DNA from: an uncultured Acidobacteriota bacterium
GTDB lineage: Bacteria > Acidobacteriota > Polarisedimenticolia > J045
Assembly (NCBI GenBank): GCA_963702425.1
Contig: CAVPCQ010000032.1
Location: 169,901-233,900, forward strand
DNA: 64,000 nucleotides
Direction of reading: 5' to 3'
Shown here: positions 53,101 to 62,857 of the stretch, piece after piece
How positions within the stretch are numbered: the first letter of the stretch is position 1
How the letters are laid out: each line of letters begins with the position of its first letter
Position numbers and translations under genes: made by a program
The notes under the pieces: generated by a model
The model's database searches: none
What the model saw: the letters and a program-made list of their open reading frames with translations, nothing else
What the model was told of the DNA's origin: nothing

Positions 53101-53175
53101 GGCGGACGGAACCGCGCCCAAGGCGATGATCGACGCGACAGCGCAGGACAGACTCCAGCCCGTGCGGTTTTTCAT
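50140..53175 (-). CDS. Secreted FG-GAP/VCBS repeat protein with PKD domain
   Basis: Signal peptide; many DxDGDG.xE repeats; LDGTGSSDSD...SYAW...GDHTVQLTV.D; codon usage looks less GC-biased. Confidence 0.88.
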   Translation of the reverse strand: MKNRTGWSLSCAVASIIALGAVPSAAATAAGGGIRAVVEWQYGYLGSGVGGVALLLADLDGDASSELVASASSLGYTAADAWWSLRPGGPGFLQQLSRPLVFPPTDPEITSLCVADVDRDGRLDVVVLSDWKITAYDSRTLEPITSIPTGSWPGDLHVVDIDEDGSLEGVVLERGRSVNIYDLMTGAFESRIAWFGLTGPFEIGDVDGDGTLEIVAGNDYGLVIDSRTHEIEWVNPGGFGSQIRLGDVDGDGGTEIVDTAANELTVWSGALRREKYRVPVPQGLAAVQLGDLEADGTPDIVYSDEGPGRVHVLEGSSGAEKCSVENPGYGSHAIALGDPDWDGTNELIWANSQLFTADCATGEIEWRSEPLPGLFELDAGDIDADGTPEVVYGSPLSTFGAGRWFVRDLISRRLEFESPPPSNSDWLAPQALVHANVDDDPQAEVFVNSSVLFTGVLDCFDGRTHERQWRSELSDGEAAHALATGDVDGDGSLEVVAGTRGYAFGVEGRLRVFDGATGVEEWHSEGFGRYAAIPVVHIAQLDDDPALEIFAPARGRGIVSVDGLDHSTSVLVEQPGATYFDLVDEDGDGLRDLVVVEDFGTIAVYDTAGQRKRTFGTFWASGLAPRVADLDGDAKPEYVLTVDSELRIYDREDPVAPLWRSGRLGNLGGGGRAPIVGDLDGDGRSEIFTGLGELGVWLFEVARGENAGPVAAAGLDQTLECDGGLSATALLDGTGSSDSDSTPGTRDDIASYAWSEGEQALGTGDVVQFPFPLGDHTVQLTVRDRTGMTDTDSTRILVKDTLPPDGAITSPGEGFCFGPAETPVVVRDDFTDRCGGAVSRVFTPGVGVYSEQGDYAVSLAATDERGNEARSGVRFTIDLVAPSVAITSTLDLLALPVSGGLPFTFTSSDDDGAAGGVVHEWVELRDARLGTACTLYDGLEDGDRDGVLSDEVLLLSVETLCRETAPCGWSEVHAPELRVVAGDCGGNTGAASRGATGTLRLRPGVCERGVR

Positions 53176-53579
53176 CGGACCTCCCCCCTCGGATGTCCTT
53201 CTGACGGGGATTAGACGGCGGAGAGGGCCCGCGCGCAAGGGGCACTAGTCGACAAGCTTCGGACGCAGGCTACTTGGAGGGCGCGGGTGGTCCCTTTCGC
53301 CTCTCCCTGTGTTCTTACCTGCATAGGGTATCGCTAACAGTTGCCGCACCGCGGCAGCGAGTACGCCAGAAGTGATGCGGCGGGGGCGGAGTGATGGCGT
53401 GGGTCTCCTCAAGGAAGATCGTGGCCGAGTTGGGCCCGGCCGCGGTGGCGCACGCGGCTGCGCGACGGCCACCTGCCGGAGGCGACTTTCCTTTGGGAGC
53501 CGCTCGCGCCCGAGGTGTACGCGGCGAGCGGGGCAGCGGCCGGCGGCGCGGGGGAGCGCGGCGCGGCGGGCGCGACCCC

Positions 53580-53849
53580 GCGGGGCCGGTGCTGGTGCGC
53601 CGGCTCTACGACCGCCCGCTGGCGCTGCCGCCGCGCTCGCGCCACCTGCGCGACGACGGCTGGCTGAGCAACAGCCTGCCGCACGGCGCGGTGACGCGGC
53701 TGGTCGGGCCGTGCGTGATCAGCGGCGGCTGGTGGCGCCGGTCGGTCCACCGGGAATACCACTTCGCGGAGACCGGCCGCGGCGACCTGCTGTGGGTCTC
53801 GTTCGACCGCGAGCGGCGGCGGTGGTTCCTGCAGGGGCACGTGAAGTAG
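53580..53849 (+). pseudogene. Orphan C-terminal fragment of an ImuB-like Y-family polymerase accessory protein
   Basis: GPCVISGGWW...HREYHFAET..G.LLWV.FD..RRRWFLQG; no N-terminal part present. Confidence 0.65.
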
Positions 53850-53876
53850 TGCGGCAGCCGGCCGCCCGGCGCGCGG

Positions 53877-54902
53877 TCACGCCGGCCGGACGCCCGCTTT
53901 CCGCGGCTTCTCCCGCTCCCCGTCGCGGGCCCTCTGCCAGGCGAAGTAGAGCATGACCATTCCGAACAACCCGGGGACCCGGAGCAGCTCCGAGGCCTTC
54001 GGGGCCAGCAGCACGACGGCGACCAGGCCGGTGAAGGCCAGGCCCAGCGCCGCCGCGAAGGCTCGCGCCGGCTCGCGCCTCGACCAGAGGGCCAGCCCGG
54101 CGAGGGCCAAGCCCCACGCCACGGAGCCGAGCGCGGGCCAGAGCGCCGGGACGAACAGCAGCACGAGCCCCTGCACGATCGCCGCGGCGGCCGGGAAGTA
54201 GAGCAGCCAGCGCACGATCCGGAACCGGCGGCCGGCCTGCATCTGCTCCAGAGTCGCGGCCTCCTCCGGGCCGAAGGGGGGCGCGGCGTCGGCTTCGTCA
54301 CGATCGAGACGGAGCACCGCCCGGGCCGCCGCAAGGTCGCGCTCGGCCACCCAGAGCTGCGTCTCCCCCTGCTGCCCCACGCCGACCGCGAACTGCTGCG
54401 AGAACTGCGACGCGGTGACGTCGATCCCCGCCGCCTCCAGCCGGGACCGGATCGTTGCGACCTCGACGGCGTCGGCGGCGCGGACCAGCAGCACGCTGCC
54501 GTCGCTGGCCAGGTGCGCCAGCAGGCCCTGGTCGGCGCGCTCGCGGTTGCCTTCGTCGACGAAGAAGTGCACGAGCGGGCCGGAGCCGGTGTCCTCCCCG
54601 TCGCACGGCGGTTCCTCGTACTCGACGAACGGGACCTCCAGCTCCGCCAGCTGCTCGCGGAACAGCGCGCGCTCGGCCTCGTCGCGCGCGGCCCGCAGGT
54701 GCCCGAGCGACGACGCGCCGAAGCGGTCGGACGGAGCGCCCGGGACCGAGCGCGCCAGCTCCGCCTCCAGCTGTTCGCGCGACGGTGTGATCGATCCGCA
54801 CTTCGCGCACCGCTCGACCGGAATGCGCCAGGTCGCGCCACACCCCAGGCAGAAACGCTGCGCCGTGGAATCGGTCAGGTCGAGTCGACGGCAGGCCATC
54901 AT
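53877..54902 (-). CDS. Hypothetical protein: Zn-ribbon, DUF2007-like domain, C-terminal TMs
   Basis: FCLGC/CAKC; EVATIRSRLEAAGI...LWVAERD..AAR; four hydrophobic segments. Confidence 0.7.
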   Translation of the reverse strand: MMACRRLDLTDSTAQRFCLGCGATWRIPVERCAKCGSITPSREQLEAELARSVPGAPSDRFGASSLGHLRAARDEAERALFREQLAELEVPFVEYEEPPCDGEDTGSGPLVHFFVDEGNRERADQGLLAHLASDGSVLLVRAADAVEVATIRSRLEAAGIDVTASQFSQQFAVGVGQQGETQLWVAERDLAAARAVLRLDRDEADAAPPFGPEEAATLEQMQAGRRFRIVRWLLYFPAAAAIVQGLVLLFVPALWPALGSVAWGLALAGLALWSRREPARAFAAALGLAFTGLVAVVLLAPKASELLRVPGLFGMVMLYFAWQRARDGEREKPRKAGVRPA

Positions 54903-55090
54903 CCCCCCCTCTCGACGCACCGGGGATCCGGCGGAGAACGGTGCCGGAAGCTCTGCGTTCGAGCGCATTCTAGCACCGCGGAGCGCGACGGATAGCCGGT
55001 ATTGGCCGCGTTTCGCCATCGTCTCAGGGTAGCACCGGCGAATTGGTGCTGAGCCTACGCTCCCCGCCTCAGAATCCGCGACTTGAATCG

Positions 55091-56477
55091 CCTACCGCGG
55101 CGCTCCGGCCGCAACCCAGTCGATGACCTTCGCGATCCGGTGATGGCCCTTGCCCTCGGACCCCGATCGGGTGTGCGATCGGTCCATGGACGCCTTTCTC
55201 GACAAGCACGCCGACAAGCTCCAGGGCTCGCTCTCCTGCTTCGACCGCCTGCTCTTTCGCGGCTACCTGCCGTTCTTCTACGGCCGGGAGATGACGCAGT
55301 TCCTCAAGCGCCAGGGGGTCCGGCCCGACGGCCTGAAGGACTTCCTCGTCGGGCAGGCCGAGCGCCTGAAGCAGCACGCGCGTCAACTGGCCCAGCGCCA
55401 GGGCCGGCCGTTCCTGTTCTTCGCGGAGCGGGTGCGCAAGGATGAGATGGCGCGCGAGATCGCCGAGCGGAGCGGGATCACGGAGGGACTGGTCTGCGTC
55501 CTGTCGACGCTCGAGCCGTGCTGGACCTTCGCGCTCCGCTGGGATGATGCCTCCTACGTCCGGCCGGCCCGGCGGAAATGCCTGTTCCTGTACTTCTGCT
55601 TCATCGACCGTGAGCTGGGCCTGATTCACGTCAAGCTCCAGACCTGGTTCCCGATGCAGCTCCAGGTGTCCGTCAACGGTCACGAGTGGCTGGCCCGCAA
55701 GCTGACACGCAGCGGCGTGCCTTACACCAAGCACGACAACGTCTTCCTGGGCGAGGTCGTGACCGATCGCAGGAGCTTCGCTCCACGGCCGGCTTCCCGG
55801 CTCGCCGGGTCAAGCACCGGCATGAAGGCGAACTGGATCAAGATGGTTGACAAGGACGGTCTGGTCCTGCGGGTCGAGACCGTGATCAACCAGCCCGACG
55901 AGTTCCGGGTTCGGCGCCGCGTCCGCCGCGGCGGCCGCCGCGTGACGGCATGGGTCCCCTTGAGGAAGAGCGTGGCCACCCTCTTCCGCTACCGCGAGAT
56001 CTCGCTCCAGAGCAACGCGCGGGATCTCAATGCCCTGGCCCAGGTCGATGATCCAACGGAGGGCGTGCGCGCCCTGGACTCCCTCACGACGCGCAAGAAC
56101 ACCGCCGCCGCGCGGCCGGTCAAGCCCTTCCATCCGCTCTCTCGACCCGACACCCAGCTCTTCGCCGCCCTGATGCGCGGCGAACAGGCGCTCCATGGCT
56201 TCACGAATCGCGATCTCCGCAAGACCCTCGATCCGTCCGCGTTCTCACTGCACGACGACCCCCGCAAGCGCAGCGCCCAGATCAGCCGGCTTCTGCATCG
56301 GCTCCACCTCTACCGACTGATCGCCAAGATCCCCCGCTCCCGCCGCTGGCGGCTCACCGACTTTGGATGGCGCATCATGAGCGCGGCTCTCGAATTGCGG
56401 TACAGCGCGTTTCCCGCTGCCTTGGCCGCGGCCGCTTGATTCTGCTGCCCACTTCTCTGCAAAGTGCGGAGAAGTTA
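55091..56477 (+). mobile_element. Putative hairpin-ended mobile element
   Basis: Left hairpin gcggc-gctccg-gccgc (55097-55112); right 11-bp hairpin acttctctgca-aag-tgcggagaagt (56451-56475); abuts a 5'-truncated gene. Confidence 0.55.
55186..56439 (+). pseudogene. Transposase-like protein (CFDR / YF.FID.ELG / NGHEWL / KMxDK..LRVET family) with C-terminal wHTH, probably degenerate
   Basis: Motifs as named; KMVDK where I recall KMYDK in the family; LIAKIPRSRRWRLT wing. Confidence 0.6.
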
Positions 56478-56489
56478 CGAAGAGAAGAT

Positions 56490-57161
56490 TCATCCTCCTA
56501 CCCCGACGTGTGGACGGATGCGCGGCTCGCGCCGAGTTCTCCGAACCTGCTGCAGATGGTCAAGCTGGCCGACTCGTGGGTTGCCCGCAGTGGCACCCGG
56601 GCCGATTCGGAAGCGGCCCGGGAGGATTGCCGGCGCGCGCTCCGGGTCGGCCGGCTGCTGCTCCAGGACGACGTCACGTCCAGCCAGAACCTCGTCGGGA
56701 TCGCGTGCGTCCGGGCCGGCGCGGAGTGCCTCTACGAGATCGCGTGCCGGGATGGGGACATGACCGGCCTGCTCGTCGCCCAACGCGCGCTGCACGATGC
56801 CCTTGGCCTGCGCACGCGGACCGACGGACGGCTCCAGGCGCTCGTGGTCTTCAGCTCGGTCGAGCGCCGCTGGTGGGCGCCGTGGCAGAGGGTCGTGCGG
56901 CTCTCCGACCGTGATGTGAGGAAGGTGATCCGCATGGCAAGGAGCGATCCGTCCCGCGCCTTGCGGATCGAGGCATAGCCCCACCTCGCGGGAATCGCCC
57001 TGCTCGGATCCTCCGACCAGCGGGCCTCGGCCCGGGGCGCTCTCGACGAGTTGGCGAAGGACCCCGACCCGCTCGTCGCCTCGTCGGCGATCGCACTGCG
57101 CGAGGCGGTGGCGAAGGGGATGGACGACGGCAGTGCCTTCGCCTGCCTCAGGGGGACGTGA
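56490..57161 (+). pseudogene. 5'-truncated paralog of 2708-3859 with an internal TAG at 56976-56978
   Basis: YPDVW, PNLL, RVGRLLLQDDVT..NLVGIACVR, DPSRALRIEA*; DPDPLVASSA after the stop. Confidence 0.8.
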
Positions 57162-57199
57162 CGGTGATCCGTCCCTCCCGCGGCGCGGGAGGATCTCTC

Positions 57200-57215
57200 C
57201 GGTTACGTGACACTA
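57200..57215. repeat. Solo end of the 30212-30378 MITE
   Basis: cggttacgtgacacta identical to 30362-30377. Confidence 0.65.
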
Positions 57216-57986
57216 TCTCGGCAGGTCCCCGACGTCGAACGCCCCCTGCGGCTCGCCGCCCTCCAGGAACTCGACGAACAGGTCGGCTGCCTTCCGCCCG
57301 CAGCGCTGCTGCGCCTCGGCGAGGACCTGGCGCAGCAGCGTTCCGCCCTCGGCGCGCCAGGCCTCGATGGACTGCGCCTTCTCGGGGCCGCGGAAGGTGC
57401 AGCTCGCCTTCCAGAGGCGCTCGGGCAGGGCGTAGGTTCCGCCGCCGGCGACCACCTGGGCCGCCGGCTCGATCTGCGCGTTGAGCCAGACCTTCATCAC
57501 GTAGTGGTCCAGCGAGAGGTCGTAGTAGAGGCGCCACTCGCCCGTGTGGAGGTAGAAGACCTGGCCCGCGCCCCGCTCCCGCAGGGCCGCTTCCGCCTCG
57601 CCGAGGCCGAGCACACGGAAACGGGCCGCGGCGAGCCGCGGTTTCTCGCGCAGCGCCGCCACGAACACCTCCGCGAAGCCGGGAGCCGGCGAGGGCAGGT
57701 CGAACTCGGCGCGCAGCTGCTCGCCGGTTTCGAAGCCCGTCGAGAAGGTCAATGCGCCCCCGGCGGTGACGTAGGCGAGCGACGCGCGAGGATCGACCAC
57801 GACCAGCAGTTTGGGCTCGCTCAGCAGGGCCTCGAGCTGGACGCGCCGCTGCGGTTGGTCCAGCGAGAAGCAGGCTGCGACGAACAACACCCCCACCGCC
57901 GCCGCGCACGCTCCCGCGGCGCGCTCGCCTCGTCCGGGTGGTCGGAGGCGGCCCAGGGCGTGATCTGCCGATCTGCGGCGGATCAT
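57213..57986 (-). CDS. Hypothetical lipoprotein
   Basis: VGVLFVAAC lipobox-like segment; good codon bias; start uncertain. Confidence 0.65.
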   Translation of the reverse strand: MIRRRSADHALGRLRPPGRGERAAGACAAAVGVLFVAACFSLDQPQRRVQLEALLSEPKLLVVVDPRASLAYVTAGGALTFSTGFETGEQLRAEFDLPSPAPGFAEVFVAALREKPRLAAARFRVLGLGEAEAALRERGAGQVFYLHTGEWRLYYDLSLDHYVMKVWLNAQIEPAAQVVAGGGTYALPERLWKASCTFRGPEKAQSIEAWRAEGGTLLRQVLAEAQQRCGRKAADLFVEFLEGGEPQGAFDVGDLPR

Positions 57987-58084
57987 GCCGCTACGCTACC
58001 ACCATTGCCGCTTCACGAGGCTCGGCGCCGCGCACCGCGGTATCTTCCCGGTTGGTTCCCACCGGGGTGGGCCGGGAGGTGGTG

Positions 58085-59839
58085 ATGCCCGGACGTCTGC
58101 GACCGACAGCCGGCGCACCGCGCCGGGCGGCGGCGATCGCGTTCGCCGCCCTCGCCGCCGGCGCGCTCCCGGCCCGTGCGCAGATCCCCGCCTTTCCCGG
58201 CGCCGAAGGCTTCGGCGCGATGACCCCCGGCGGCCGGGGCGGCGCGGTGGTCGAGGTCACGAACCTCCATGACTCCGGGGCGGGCAGCCTGCGCGAGGCG
58301 CTGCAGGTCCGGACCGGGCCGCGCACGGTCGTCTTCCGTGTCTCGGGCACGATCGAGCTGGCCGGCTGGATCGAGATGAAGGCGGCCAACAGCTTCGTCA
58401 CCGTCGCCGGGCAGACCACGCCGGGTGAGGGGATCCAGCTCAAGAACTACGGCCTCATGCTGCGCGACGGAATCCACGACGTCGTGATCCGGCACCTCCG
58501 GATCCGGCCCGGCGACACCACGCCGGGCGACTGGAACAAGGACGGCGTCACGGTCTACGGCTACGGCGGGACGCCGGTGTACAACATCCTCTTCGACCAC
58601 GTGTCGTTCGAGTGGGCGATCGACGAGAACGTCAACGCCTGGGACTGGGTCGAGTCGGTGACGTTCCAGTGGTGCATCATCGCCGAAGGGTCGATGACGG
58701 GTCACGAGGAAGGACCGCATTCGATGGGCCTGCTCTCGGGGGCCCACTCGAAGATCAACCTCAGCGTCCACCACTGCCTGTTCGCGCACAACGCCGCGCG
58801 GAACCCGCGCCTCGGCGACAACTGGGAAGGCGTCAACGACGTCCGCAACAACGTGATCTACAACTGGCGGAACTTCGGCCCGGCGGAAAACTACGGCGGC
58901 GCCCCCGTCAACTACGTGAACAACGTCTTCCTCTCCGGCCCGAACAGCAGCACCGTCGAGCGGAGCGTCTTCACGGTACCCGACCGGACGAACAGCACCG
59001 GCGTCCGGCTCTACCTCGACGGCAACCGCGGCCCGCTCTGCCCCGACGGATGCGCGGACGACTGGCAGCTGCGCGTCGTCTTCGCCGAGGACGGCATCGT
59101 CTATCCGGCCGACGAGGCGCTCAACCGGGTCTACGAGCCGCTTCCCGCGCCGCCGGTGACGACCTGGCCGGCGAGCCTCGTGCTCGATCGCGTCCTCGAC
59201 GGCGCGGGCGCGACCCTCCCGCGTCGCGACGCCGTGGACGCGCGCATCGTCAACGAGGTCAGGACACGCACCGGCGCGGTCGGCATCGGCAGCGACTACC
59301 CGGTTCTCCGCGGCATCGCTGCACCGCCCGACTCGGATCACGACGGGATGCCGGACGCCTGGGAGGCGGCCCACGGCCTGAACCCGATCGAGCCGTCCGA
59401 TCGCAACGGCGACCTCAACGGCGACGGCTACACCAACCTGGAGGAGTACCTCAACGCGCGCGATCCGAGGGCGCCCGCCCCCGCGCCCGGCGGAGGCGCG
59501 GTCCCCGACGGCGCGTCCGTCGCGGGACGGCCGCTCACGCTGCAGCGGGCCGACGGAGGCCGGATCACGCTCGAGTGGGGCGCGTCCTGCCGCGGGGGCG
59601 ACGCCGACTACGCGGTCTACGAGGGGAGCCTCGGCCGCTTCGACAGCCACCGCCCGCACCGCTGTTCGACCGGCGGGGCGACGACGCTGACCTACCGGCC
59701 GCGGGAGGGGGACCTCTACCTTCTCGTCGTCCCCCGCGATGCGCTGCACGAGGGGTCGTACGGCGTCGCGACGAGCGGCGCGGAGCGGCCGGCGTCCGCG
59801 GCGCCGTGCCTCCCGCAGGAGCTTCGCCCCTGCCCCTGA
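58085..59839 (+). CDS. Secreted pectate-lyase (PL1)-like protein with Cys-Pro-ending C-terminal domain
   Basis: PAFPGAEGFG, GGRGG.V.EVTNL.DSG.GSLREA, IDEN, RNPR, DSDHDGMPDAWE, DGYTNLEEYLN. Confidence 0.9.
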   Translation: MPGRLRPTAGAPRRAAAIAFAALAAGALPARAQIPAFPGAEGFGAMTPGGRGGAVVEVTNLHDSGAGSLREALQVRTGPRTVVFRVSGTIELAGWIEMKAANSFVTVAGQTTPGEGIQLKNYGLMLRDGIHDVVIRHLRIRPGDTTPGDWNKDGVTVYGYGGTPVYNILFDHVSFEWAIDENVNAWDWVESVTFQWCIIAEGSMTGHEEGPHSMGLLSGAHSKINLSVHHCLFAHNAARNPRLGDNWEGVNDVRNNVIYNWRNFGPAENYGGAPVNYVNNVFLSGPNSSTVERSVFTVPDRTNSTGVRLYLDGNRGPLCPDGCADDWQLRVVFAEDGIVYPADEALNRVYEPLPAPPVTTWPASLVLDRVLDGAGATLPRRDAVDARIVNEVRTRTGAVGIGSDYPVLRGIAAPPDSDHDGMPDAWEAAHGLNPIEPSDRNGDLNGDGYTNLEEYLNARDPRAPAPAPGGGAVPDGASVAGRPLTLQRADGGRITLEWGASCRGGDADYAVYEGSLGRFDSHRPHRCSTGGATTLTYRPREGDLYLLVVPRDALHEGSYGVATSGAERPASAAPCLPQELRPCP

Positions 59840-59894
59840 CAGCCCTGAGAGTCCGAGAGGCGAGCCGAGCGCCGGGCCGCGATGCTGAGCTAGG

Positions 59895-60782
59895 ATGGAA
59901 TCCATGGTCCGCTTCGCGCAGTCGCCTGCTGCGGCCTTCCTGGTCATGGCTTCCGTTGCCCTTCCGGTGGGGGCCGCTCCGGACGAGGCCTGGCCCCCGG
60001 CGATCGAGGACAATTCGTTCCTGGTGGAGGAGGCCTACAACCAGGAAGCGGGCGTCGTGCAGTGGATCTTCACCTTCCAGCAGTTCCGGCCGAGCGGCAC
60101 CTGGTACGACGCCTTCACCACCGAGTGGCCGGTGCCCGACCAGACGAACCAGCTGAGCCTGACGGTCCCCTACATCGCCGAGACCGAGCGCCTGCCGAGC
60201 GGCTGGGGCGACATCAGCCTCAACTACCGCTACCAGGCACTGGCCGGCGGCGAGCGCGGGTGGTGGTTTGCGCCGCGCCTGAGCGCGCTCCTGCCCACCG
60301 GGGAATGGCGCGATGATCTCGGGAATGGGGCGCCCGGCGTGCAGATCGGCCTCCCCTTCAGCCGGCGCTTCACCCGCGGCTTCGCGATGACGCTCAACGC
60401 CTCGGGGCAGTACGTCCCGCTGGCGCGTGGGACGGCGGAGGACGGCAGCAGCTTCAAGGCCGACACCTGGGGCATTTCCGAAGGCATCAGCCTGGTGTGG
60501 CTCGCCTCGCCCCGCTTCAACCTGATGCTGGAGGCGCTGGCGACGCAGGATCGCGTGGCCGTCGACGACGGCCGCACCGAGGTTGTGAGAATCGCGGTCG
60601 CGAGCCCCAGCTTCCGCTGGGCTGTCAACTTCGAGCGCGGGCAACTGGTACTCGGGGCCGCGGTCCCGATCGGGCTGACCGAGGCCAGCCCGGACTGGAG
60701 CGCGCTGTTCTACGTATCCTGGGAGTCGGCTCTCTGGACGCCGAAGTCCCCGGCGCCGAGCGCGATCAGCCGCGCGGAGTGA
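59895..60782 (+). CDS. Putative outer-membrane beta-barrel transporter-family protein
   Basis: Signal peptide; IEDNSFLVEEAYNQE.GVVQ, GWGDISLNYRYQ, LPTG; alternating beta-strand pattern. Confidence 0.72.
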   Translation: MESMVRFAQSPAAAFLVMASVALPVGAAPDEAWPPAIEDNSFLVEEAYNQEAGVVQWIFTFQQFRPSGTWYDAFTTEWPVPDQTNQLSLTVPYIAETERLPSGWGDISLNYRYQALAGGERGWWFAPRLSALLPTGEWRDDLGNGAPGVQIGLPFSRRFTRGFAMTLNASGQYVPLARGTAEDGSSFKADTWGISEGISLVWLASPRFNLMLEALATQDRVAVDDGRTEVVRIAVASPSFRWAVNFERGQLVLGAAVPIGLTEASPDWSALFYVSWESALWTPKSPAPSAISRAE

Positions 60783-60853
60783 CGCCCTCCGTCACCGTCT
60801 CCGCAATCCGTATCCCGCGCTGCTCCAGCTCCGCCAGGCACCACGCGTAGGTG

Positions 60854-62857
60854 GTAGGGTCGAGGACTGGCGCGGTACCCCTTAGGACGCGGCCTATCCG
60901 TTGCTCCCCGTTTCCTCTGGGAGTGCCTCACTAGCCAGATCCGTGGCCCCGTTTCCAGCCCCCGCCACATCGCACGCAGCGTGCGGATTTCCCGCACTAC
61001 GCGCTCCTGCACACTTCGCATCAAGGGTTATGAGACCTATCGGCCGGAGCGACTTTCGGTGATGAGGCCACGAGGTATCGGATCCGGTAGTCGCCGAAGA
61101 GTCCGAGCGTCCCGTACAGCCATCGCCTACTCCACCGCTTCCAGCCGAAGCCGGGCGCTATCGGGCTCGCGCCAGATGACGCCGGATCTTCTCTCTACCC
61201 AGTATCGGATAAACGAGAAACACCGACTCGAGTGCCCGATGCGCAAAGTAGTTCACCCAGCCGCGCAGGATCGGATTGATCTTCGCGATCAACCTCCTGG
61301 TCGGCTGGGAGCGAAGGCGGCGAAACACCTCCTTGAGCTCGCGTAGCAACGCCGTCCGCTTCTTAGCTTCGGCGTGCGCAGCGGCATCCATCGCCCCGCA
61401 CGACTCCGGACACGACGGAACTCAAAGCCGAGGAATCCGAAGCTCTCCCCTCTGCGTCAGATCCACCATCCGGCTCTTCTCCTCGTTCACCTCCACCTGC
61501 AGCTTGGCCAACTCCTCCCGAAGCCGTTTCTCCACCGCCTGCCGAAGCCACGCATGGCGCGGATGCGGGTCCACCAGGATCACCAGATCATCGGCAAACC
61601 GGGCGTACTCGATCGCCGTGCAATCGACCGTGGCGCGTGACCTCTTTCGCCCGCTCCAGCATCCTGTCCACCTCATTGAGGTACAGGTTGCTGAGCAACG
61701 GCGAGATCACACCGCCTTGAGGAACTCCCAGCTTCCCGGACGCCTTCAGGATCATTCGCAGCAAGTGCATCACGTCCTCGTCATCGACTCGCTTGGCCAC
61801 CTTCTCCAACACGATGGCATGTGCCACCGTGTCGAAGTAGGACCGCAGATCAAGATCGATGACATACGTCTTGCCTTGAATGATCGCCTCCGCGACGCGC
61901 TGCATCGCGTCCTGCGGTCTTCGCTTGGGCCGGTAGCCAAACGACCCCGGTTGAAAGTCCGCCTCGAAGATCGGTTCCAGGATGAGCTTCAGCGCTCCCT
62001 GGACCACCCGGTCCCGGATGGATGGGATCGAAAGGACGCGGAACTTGCCGCCCCCTTCGGGATCTCCACCTTCCGGACCCGCTGGGGCCGATAGATGCGT
62101 TCGCTCAGTTCCCTCCTGAGCTGCTCGAGAAGCTATCCACGCCCTTCGCCTCGATCGCTTCGAACGTCACCCCGTCAATTCCCGGAGCTCCGTCGTTCTT
62201 CTTGGCGAGTCGATAGGCCTCCCGGAGCGTCTCCCTCTTGCACACGTGCACATACAGTCCCCAAAAGCGCCAAGACGGTTCAGCCTTCGCCTTGACGTAT
62301 ATTCTTCGTCTCAGGTCTTGCAGATCGACGGGTGCCTTTGTCATCTCACCCCTGCCTCCCTTCTTGACGAAGAATTCATGTGCAGCAGGGCCCCTTCGCT
62401 CCACGGGCGTTACCCCGCTTCCTCGCTACTACGGACCCGGCCGCCACCGTCTCGTCTTCGGCCGATTTCCCGGTGTCTCCGGTTATACGACCTACCTTGC
62501 TCCACCGATTTCTCGATGGGACGAGGACGGCTTCTCCAGTTGCTCGGCATGTCCTTGTCACCGTGCTGCCCCTACCACCCCGCCGGAGTGACCTGCCGCA
62601 TCGGTCAGATTGCGACAGTCATGCTGCCTTCGCCCCGAGACAGAGGGCTCGGCCTCCGGATTCATTATTTGTCGAGGCCACCTCTGGGTTCACTTTCGTT
62701 ACGGCCCGGTGACTCGCTCACCATCCCAAGGATGGCTTTGTCAGTCGGCTTCATCCGATTCGTTTCCTCCACGGATGCGACCCAAGCTACGGGGCTTCTG
62801 ACTCTTGCCCCGGTGGGACTACCTCCCACTGAACATGCCAGCCTTCGCTGGACGCAC
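60854..62857 (-). mobile_element. Group II intron, about 2.0 kb
   Basis: 5' GTGCG at 62857; domain V gcgcgtagtgcgggaaatccgcacgctgcgtgc (61004-60972); domain VI ending ctcgaccctac at 60854; internal RT ORF. Confidence 0.93.
61021..62344 (-). CDS. ltrA: Group II intron RT/maturase without endonuclease domain, multiple frameshifts
   Basis: GAPGIDG, LEPIFEADF..SFGYRP, GVPQGGVISPLLSNLYL, YARFADD, INPILRGWVNYF. Confidence 0.9.

Noticed and set aside
53244-53259. ACTAGTCGACAAGCTT (SpeI/SalI/HindIII) resembling a polylinker
   Set aside because: Only 16 bp with no other vector sequence; plausibly chance
56976-56978. In-frame TAG as pyrrolysine or readthrough
   Set aside because: The gene is 5'-truncated and the paralog has Gln (CAG) here, so a C-to-T nonsense change explains it
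61021-62344. Retron, DGR or defence reverse transcriptase
   Set aside because: Enclosed by group II intron 5' end and domains V/VI; no TR/VR pair or msr-msd seen
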